In this document: piece after piece, positions 57,989-64,000 of the stretch
How positions within the stretch are numbered: the first letter of the stretch is position 1
Layout: every line of letters begins with the position of its first letter
Assembly: GCA_964634005.1 (NCBI GenBank)
Contig: CAZWKQ010000012.1
Span: 13,306-77,305 of the forward strand
Direction: 5' to 3'
Length of the DNA stretch: 64,000 nucleotides
Source of the DNA: an uncultured Bacteroides sp.
GTDB taxonomy: Bacteria; Bacteroidota; Bacteroidia; Bacteroidales; JACABE01
The notes under the pieces: generated by a model
Told to the model about the DNA's origin: nothing
What the model saw: the letters and a program-made list of their open reading frames with translations, nothing else
Database searches by the model: none
Program-made: the position numbers and the translations under genes

Positions 57989-60181
57989 ATGGGAAATTTC
58001 AGGTTTTTATCAATCGAATTGGCAACAAACAGAAAAAACAATAATGATATATTACAAACCAAGGAAAAGATTTCGGATATATTCGGGGAACTGACATTTG
58101 ACAGAAAATCAATGCAGCAATATTTAAGCAAAATCGCTTTTCAAAAGGTACTAAATGCAGTAGAAAAAGGGGAGAAAATTGAAAGAGAAATTGCTGACGA
58201 AATTGCTTCGGGGATGAAATCATGGGCATTATCAATGGGAGCGACCCATTATACACATTGGTTTCAACCACTTACCGGTTATTCGGCCGAAAAACACGAT
58301 TCGTTTTTTACATTAGACAAACAAAACAGAGCAATAGAATACTTTGACGGAAGCAGTTTAGTACAACAAGAACCTGATGCATCAAGTTTCCCGAGTGGCG
58401 GAATAAGAAGTACATTTGAAGCACGCGGGTACACGGCATGGGACCCAACTTCTCCGGCATTTATCATAGATAATACTCTTTGTATTCCGACAATTTTTGT
58501 CTCATATACAGGCGAAGCATTGGATTACAAAGCTCCTTTACTTAAAACACTGCATTTTTTAGATAAAACGGCAACCGAAGTAGTTAAGATATTCTCACCG
58601 GAAGTTAACAGCGTTAAAGCCACTCTCGGAATTGAGCAAGAATATTTTCTTATTGATGAAGCTTTATTCTTTGCAAGACCCGATATTGTACTTACAGGCA
58701 GAACACTATTCGGACATTCGGCAGCAAAAGACCAACAATTAGAAGATAATTATTTCGGAAGTATTCCCGAAAGAATTATGAAATTTATGAAAGATATAGA
58801 GTATCAAGCATATAGATTGGGTATTCCGCTTCGTACACGACATAATGAAGTTGCTCCAAACCAATTTGAATGCGCTCCGCTTTTCGAAGATGTTAATCTT
58901 GCAGTTGACCATAATATTCTCCTTATGGATATTATGCAAAAAACAGCAAGACGACACCACTTCAGAATTCTGTTTCATGAAAAACCTTTCGCGGGAATAA
59001 ACGGTTCAGGGAAACATAACAATTTCTCTTTAATGACAGACACAGGAGATAATTTGCTCTCTCCGGGGAAAAATCCCATTTCAAACTTAAAATTCCTTAC
59101 TTTTTTATTAAACATAATTAAAGCGGTAAACGATTATCCCGATTTACTTAGAGCTTCGATTGCAACTGCAAGCAACGACCTTAGACTTGGAGGAAACGAG
59201 GCACCTCCGGCAATAATGTCGGTTTTCCTCGGCGAACATATTACCAATATTCTTAATTCTATTAAAAACAGAAACTACAACGATAATTCAGAAAATATAA
59301 ATAAAAGACAAGAAACAATTGATATTGCACGAGTACCTGAAATTTTACTTGATAATACCGATAGAAACAGAACCTCTCCATTTGCATTTACCGGCAATAA
59401 ATTCGAATTCCGTGCTGTAGGCTCTATGAGTAACTCCGCTGCTCCTATGATTGCATTATTGACTATTATCGGAAATCAGTTGAAAATATTTTTAGAAACA
59501 TATAATTCAAAACTAAATAACGGACAATCGAAAGAGGAAGCATTATACGACATTCTTAAAAATTATGTCATTGAAACCGAAAAAATAAGATTCGACGGGA
59601 ACAACTACAGTCAGTTCTGGATAGAAGAAGCCGAAAAAAGAGGTTTAAGAAATATTAAATCTACTCCCGAAGCTCTCGACTATTTTATTGACCCCGAAAT
59701 AGTTAAAATATTCGAAAATTCAGGTGTATTATCCTATAGAGAACTTCATGCCCGGATGGAAATTAAGTTTGAAAATTACATTAAAAAAATTCAAATCGAA
59801 TCCCGTACTTTGGGCGATCTGGCTATTAACCATATAATTCCTGTTGCAATCAGCTATCAGAATGTTCTTATTGAAAATGTAAAAGGATTGAAAAAAATAT
59901 TCGACATAGATGAATTTCATAAAAAGTCATCTCTTCAGATGAAAAATATTAGTGAAATTTCTGAGCATATCAATAATATAATTAGTTTGGTTGATAAAAT
60001 GACCGAACAACGAAGGGCTTCAAATAAAATTGAAAACTCAAGAGAAAAAGCAATTGCTTACTTAAAAAATGTACTCCCATTTATGGAAGAAATCAGAAAG
60101 AATACTGATGCACTTGAATTGATGATTGATGATGAATTATGGACTTTACCAAAATATAGAGAATTATTATTCATTAATTAA
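57989..60181 (+). CDS. glnA: Glutamine synthetase type III
   Basis: THYTHWFQP, EPDASSFPSGG, RHNEVAPNQFE, NGSGKHNN, DRNRTSPFAFTGNKFEFR. Confidence 0.97.
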   Translation: MGNFRFLSIELATNRKNNNDILQTKEKISDIFGELTFDRKSMQQYLSKIAFQKVLNAVEKGEKIEREIADEIASGMKSWALSMGATHYTHWFQPLTGYSAEKHDSFFTLDKQNRAIEYFDGSSLVQQEPDASSFPSGGIRSTFEARGYTAWDPTSPAFIIDNTLCIPTIFVSYTGEALDYKAPLLKTLHFLDKTATEVVKIFSPEVNSVKATLGIEQEYFLIDEALFFARPDIVLTGRTLFGHSAAKDQQLEDNYFGSIPERIMKFMKDIEYQAYRLGIPLRTRHNEVAPNQFECAPLFEDVNLAVDHNILLMDIMQKTARRHHFRILFHEKPFAGINGSGKHNNFSLMTDTGDNLLSPGKNPISNLKFLTFLLNIIKAVNDYPDLLRASIATASNDLRLGGNEAPPAIMSVFLGEHITNILNSIKNRNYNDNSENINKRQETIDIARVPEILLDNTDRNRTSPFAFTGNKFEFRAVGSMSNSAAPMIALLTIIGNQLKIFLETYNSKLNNGQSKEEALYDILKNYVIETEKIRFDGNNYSQFWIEEAEKRGLRNIKSTPEALDYFIDPEIVKIFENSGVLSYRELHARMEIKFENYIKKIQIESRTLGDLAINHIIPVAISYQNVLIENVKGLKKIFDIDEFHKKSSLQMKNISEISEHINNIISLVDKMTEQRRASNKIENSREKAIAYLKNVLPFMEEIRKNTDALELMIDDELWTLPKYRELLFIN

Positions 60182-60212
60182 TTTTTTATTTCGTTTCTAA
60201 TGCTATTTTTTT

Positions 60213-60220
60213 TATTTTTG
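60213..60220 (+). promoter_or_regulatory. -7 promoter element (TATTTTTG) of the chemosensory operon
   Basis: TAnnTTTG match 14 nt upstream of the STAS gene ATG. Confidence 0.5.
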
Positions 60221-60234
60221 AGAAAAAATCAAAA

Positions 60235-60570
60235 ATGAAGAAAAATAACATATCTATTCTTCCCATTGACGATGATAATAAACGTAAGGTTCAGATTATT
60301 ATTGAAAATGACGCCAATATCATAACTGAAGATTATTTTTATAATACTTTCAATGAAATTTTCGATAATTTTGATTATTTTTATATTAAATTAGTCAATA
60401 TCGAAACTTTCGATCTGTCTTTTCTTCAATTGCTGATTTCTATAAAAAAAACTATAAGTAAAACTAATAAATCAGTCGAATTTGAATTGAATTTACCTGA
60501 TAACATAAAAACAGTTTTAAGTAACTCGGGAGTAGATATTAATAGTTTGTTTGAAATAAAAAATAATTAG
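60235..60570 (+). CDS. STAS-domain protein (chemosensory-associated)
   Basis: ETFDLSFLQLLISIKK resembles the STAS 'DxSGlQLL' motif; sits before cheY-cheA. Confidence 0.75.
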   Translation: MKKNNISILPIDDDNKRKVQIIIENDANIITEDYFYNTFNEIFDNFDYFYIKLVNIETFDLSFLQLLISIKKTISKTNKSVEFELNLPDNIKTVLSNSGVDINSLFEIKNN

Positions 60571-60580
60571 ATTTCCATAT

Positions 60581-60943
60581 ATGAAAACAATTTTATTTGT
60601 TGACGACCACGCAAGTATCAGAGAATTAGTCAAAGATGTACTAACGCAAAAAGGATTTGATGTTTTATTAAGTAATGACGGAGAAGACGCAATAAAACTT
60701 TTCGACGGACGCAATATCGATCTTTTAATCACCGACTTACATATGGAAAAAATGAATGGTATTGAACTTACAAAAGAAATCAGGAAAAATTCTGACTATA
60801 AACATATACCAATAGTAGTATTAACCACAGAATCTCAAGTTGAAAAGAAAATTGAGGCTAAGAATGCAGGTGCTACAGGCTGGATAGTAAAACCTTTTGA
60901 TGCCGAAAATTTATTGAAGGTTGTAAACAAATTAATTCGTTAG
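60581..60943 (+). CDS. cheY: Chemotaxis response regulator CheY
   Basis: VDD, ITDLHM, LTTES, GATGWIVKPF. Confidence 0.9.
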   Translation: MKTILFVDDHASIRELVKDVLTQKGFDVLLSNDGEDAIKLFDGRNIDLLITDLHMEKMNGIELTKEIRKNSDYKHIPIVVLTTESQVEKKIEAKNAGATGWIVKPFDAENLLKVVNKLIR

Positions 60944-60950
60944 AAGAATA

Positions 60951-61313
60951 ATGAAAACGATACTAATTGTCAATGACTCTGATATTATCAATAAAATAAT
61001 ATCAAGATCGCTGGAGAAAGAAGGTTTTAAAACAGTAGTAGCCATAAACGGGAAAGAAGCACTTGAATTGTTAGATAAATTTGAATTTCATATAGTTATA
61101 ACCGATGTAAATATGCCTGAAATGGATGGAATTGAGCTTACCAAAAAAATCAGAGAACATAAAAACTATAAATTTATACCGGTAATATTCTTATCGGGTT
61201 CGGAAGAACCCGAAATGCTCAAAAGAGCAAAAGAAGCAGGTTCTTCGGCATGGCTTACACTGCCATTCAATGTTAAAACAGTAGTTGCAACCATTAATAA
61301 ATTTTTGAGATAA
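60951..61313 (+). CDS. Second, atypical CheY-like receiver
   Basis: VND, ITDVNMP, LSG, WLTLPF (conserved Lys replaced by Leu). Confidence 0.85.
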   Translation: MKTILIVNDSDIINKIISRSLEKEGFKTVVAINGKEALELLDKFEFHIVITDVNMPEMDGIELTKKIREHKNYKFIPVIFLSGSEEPEMLKRAKEAGSSAWLTLPFNVKTVVATINKFLR

Positions 61314-63346
61314 TGGAAAACTACACCGAGAAGTTCAAAGAGGAAGCCATAGATTTTATCAACGAGCTTGAAGAAGCTCTTTTAGTTCTTGAGTTTAATC
61401 CCGAAAACAAAGAACAAATTGCTTTAATTTTCAGGGTTATGCACTCTTTGAAAGGTGCCGGTGCTATGTTTGGTTACGATAAAATAAGCGACTTTACTCA
61501 TAATCTCGAAACATTATACGATTTTATTAAAACAGATAGACTTCCTATAACAAAAAATATATTCGATTTAACACTTCAATCAGTTGATATTCTTCACGCA
61601 CTTCTTGAAAATCAAGAGCTTGATAACCCTGTATTAATCAACCTTTACAACAAAATCACAAAAGAAATTGAAGAAATTATTGCATCAGTTGACAATAATT
61701 GGAATAATAGAACTAAGATCCAACAAATTAATTTCAATAAAACAGAATTAGAACATTATTCTACATACTTCATTACTTTTATACCCGATAAAAACATCCT
61801 GAAAAATGGCACTAACCCCCTTTATCTCATTGATGAGCTATCGAGCATGGGTAAAACTGCCATTTTTATTCATTATGAAAATATTCCCGACTTGAAAATG
61901 TACGAACCATCTTCATGTTATGTATGGTGGGAATTACTTTTAGCTACAAATCAAAGCGCCGAAGATGTCAGAAATGTTTTCATTTTTGTTGAAGATGATT
62001 GCCGACTCGAAATAAATGTCATCTCAGACACAAATCTATTGGATGATTCAGAATTTGTCAGTTCATTTAAAAATCAAAAAAAAGAAGTAAAAATTACTGA
62101 TATTGAACAAATTAAAACATATATTGAAAACTATCACAACGAAAAAGAAGAAAAAAACAAAAAGCTTAATCAAAAATTAATAAAAGATACCGGAATAAAC
62201 AGCATAAGAGTTTCTACACATAAATTGGATGAAATGCTGAAAATTGTTTCCGAATTGATAACAGTACAGTCAAAACTGACTACTTTCTCGGATAACCTTA
62301 AAAACTCAGAACTTTCTGCAATTTCTGAAAGTGTAACAAAAATTACAAAACAACTAAGAGATAATGCTTATAAAATATCACTTATACCGGTAAATACCCT
62401 AACCATTCGTTTCCAACGACTTGTTAGGGACTTATCCGTCGAACTCGGCAAAGAAGCTGTTTTTGAATCAATCGGAGGTGAAACAGAACTGGATAAAAAA
62501 ATTGTCGAACTAATCACCGACCCCATACTACATATTATCCGCAATTCACTCGATCATGGAATTGAAAGTAAAGAAGAACGAATAAAAAAAGGTAAATCAC
62601 CACGCGGAAAAATAAGACTGAAAGCTTATTACAACGGAGCAAACGTAATTATTCAAATAAAAGATGATGGCAAAGGTATTGATACCGAATTTATAAGAAA
62701 GAAAGCAATAGAAAAAGGTTTTGTAAAACCTGAAGTTATTTTAGGGAAAAGAGATATTTTAAATTTTCTTTTTTTACCGGGCTTTTCAACCGCTGATAAA
62801 GTAACCGAAGTATCAGGAAGAGGTGTTGGTATGGATGTGGTTAGGAAAAATATTAATGAAATAAGAGGTGAAATTGAAATTGATTCTGTAGTTGATAAAG
62901 GAACTACCATAACATTAAAACTACCTTTAACACTTTCTATAGTCGATGGATTATTAGTATTAGTCGATAAAACAACTTTTCTTGTACCACTTACTGCAAT
63001 ACATAAAATTTATGCCATCAAACATCAATTAATTGAAAATAATTATTACCAACTTCTTGTTCTTGACGGAAATCAGATTCCTTATATTTATCTCAGAAAC
63101 AATTTTGGAATGGATAGTACTGAAAAAAACGATACTGAATTTGTTCTTGTAATTCAATACGAAAATCGAAAAGTAGGTCTAATCGTTGATAAAGTTTTAG
63201 GTGAATTTCAGGCGGTTGTAAAACCTTTGGGTAAGCTGTTCAATTTTCAGGAAAGCATATCAGGAGCAACTATTTTAGGCGATGGAAATCTCGCTTTGGT
63301 AATTGATACCAATAAAACAATACAGAAATTTTCAAGTGTTATTTAA
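61313..63346 (+). CDS. cheA: Chemotaxis histidine kinase CheA
   Basis: HPT FRVMHSLKG, P2-like region, IRVS..KLD dimerisation, HIIRNSLDHG, SGRGVGMDVV, C-terminal CheW domain. Confidence 0.96.
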   Translation: MENYTEKFKEEAIDFINELEEALLVLEFNPENKEQIALIFRVMHSLKGAGAMFGYDKISDFTHNLETLYDFIKTDRLPITKNIFDLTLQSVDILHALLENQELDNPVLINLYNKITKEIEEIIASVDNNWNNRTKIQQINFNKTELEHYSTYFITFIPDKNILKNGTNPLYLIDELSSMGKTAIFIHYENIPDLKMYEPSSCYVWWELLLATNQSAEDVRNVFIFVEDDCRLEINVISDTNLLDDSEFVSSFKNQKKEVKITDIEQIKTYIENYHNEKEEKNKKLNQKLIKDTGINSIRVSTHKLDEMLKIVSELITVQSKLTTFSDNLKNSELSAISESVTKITKQLRDNAYKISLIPVNTLTIRFQRLVRDLSVELGKEAVFESIGGETELDKKIVELITDPILHIIRNSLDHGIESKEERIKKGKSPRGKIRLKAYYNGANVIIQIKDDGKGIDTEFIRKKAIEKGFVKPEVILGKRDILNFLFLPGFSTADKVTEVSGRGVGMDVVRKNINEIRGEIEIDSVVDKGTTITLKLPLTLSIVDGLLVLVDKTTFLVPLTAIHKIYAIKHQLIENNYYQLLVLDGNQIPYIYLRNNFGMDSTEKNDTEFVLVIQYENRKVGLIVDKVLGEFQAVVKPLGKLFNFQESISGATILGDGNLALVIDTNKTIQKFSSVI

Positions 63347-63358
63347 ATAAAAAACGAA

Positions 63359-63856
63359 ATGAGCGAAGAAAATTTGATAAACGGAAGTTATTTATCATTC
63401 AGAATAGGGAGCACTTTCTTTTGTGTTAATATCGAAAAAGTACTGAACGTAATTGAGTTAATGAATATAACAAAAGTCCCACATTCACCCGAATATATGT
63501 TGGGAGTTTTAAATCTTAGAGGTGAAGTACTACCGGTAGTTGATTCAAGAATAAAATTCGGCTTTCCGGTTACCGAAAACACAATGAAAACTTGTATAAT
63601 TGTTCTTGATATATTATTGCAAAACGAAAAAATTCATATCGGAATGCTTGTAGATGAAGTTTTTGAAGTATTTGAGAAAAATGACGAAGAAATTTTACCT
63701 CCCCCTGCCTTAGGAAATAAATTCAAATCCGAATTTATAAAAGGAGTTTTCAAATCGAATGAGCAATTTGTTATGTTTATTGATATCGACAAAGTATTCT
63801 CTTCGGATGAATTAGTTACAGTAAATGATTTAGGAAAAGATGTTATGAATAATTAA
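63359..63856 (+). CDS. cheW: Chemotaxis coupling protein CheW
   Basis: ITKVPHSP.YMLGVLNLRG, GMLVDEV. Confidence 0.95.
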   Translation: MSEENLINGSYLSFRIGSTFFCVNIEKVLNVIELMNITKVPHSPEYMLGVLNLRGEVLPVVDSRIKFGFPVTENTMKTCIIVLDILLQNEKIHIGMLVDEVFEVFEKNDEEILPPPALGNKFKSEFIKGVFKSNEQFVMFIDIDKVFSSDELVTVNDLGKDVMNN

Positions 63857-63866
63857 AATTATCCTT

Positions 63867-64000
63867 ATGAAATTCAACGATATTCGCATTTCAACAAAAT
63901 TGGTAATCGGTTTTTCAACAATAATGTTGACAGCAGGGCTGTTCTCATTTTATTGCTGGACGCAAATTAAAAATCTTCATAAATTATCAAAAGCTAATGA
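63867..64000 (+). CDS. N-terminus of a probable methyl-accepting chemotaxis protein (truncated by window)
   Basis: MKFNDIRISTKLVIGFSTIMLTAGLFSFYCWTQIKNL..., the 'I..KL..GF' + TM1 pattern typical of MCPs, directly after cheW. No stop codon before the window end. Confidence 0.7.
   Translation, partial: MKFNDIRISTKLVIGFSTIMLTAGLFSFYCWTQIKNLHKLSKAN

Noticed and set aside
1-64000. Alternative genetic code or frameshifted pseudogenes
   Set aside because: All recognised genes are full-length under code 11, with tight junctions at their stop codons.

Overview
Very AT-rich, gene-dense window from an anaerobic Bacteroidota chromosome, most likely Bacteroidales-like. The assignment rests on TAnnTTTG -7 promoter motifs, a CzcA-TolC fusion, GlnA type III and beta-propeller/LytS sensors. 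I found no rRNA, tRNA, CRISPR array, transposase or integrase. The most striking region is a ~15 kb minus-strand run with short intergenic gaps (19238->4311): hydC-hydB-hydA (HydABC-type [FeFe]-hydrogenase), pstSCAB, a sensory [FeFe]-hydrogenase/histidine-kinase fusion, a single-domain receiver, a REC-kinase hybrid, rex, a ribF-like gene, an MBL hydrolase and a Cys-rich PAS kinase. Tandem Rex-like boxes precede it. Several components have lost canonical residues: HydA has Val at the proton-relay Glu279 position, HydB has a changed FMN/NADH loop, and the RibF kinase domain is degenerate. This suggests a dedicated H2/NADH sensing and signalling module rather than a plain fermentative hydrogenase (inference). 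Other notable items: an unannotated 40-aa Cys/Lys microprotein, a CzcA-TolC/CzcB/CvrA cassette with two uncharacterised genes, a peptidase-propeller-barrel outer-membrane protein, and the start of a STAS-cheY-cheY-cheA-cheW-MCP chemosensory cluster, which is unusual for Bacteroidota. The rest is housekeeping (PBP1A, S9 peptidase, recA, bcp, ispE, tcdA, uvrA, smpB, glnA III). All family calls come from motif recognition by eye; no database searches were run.
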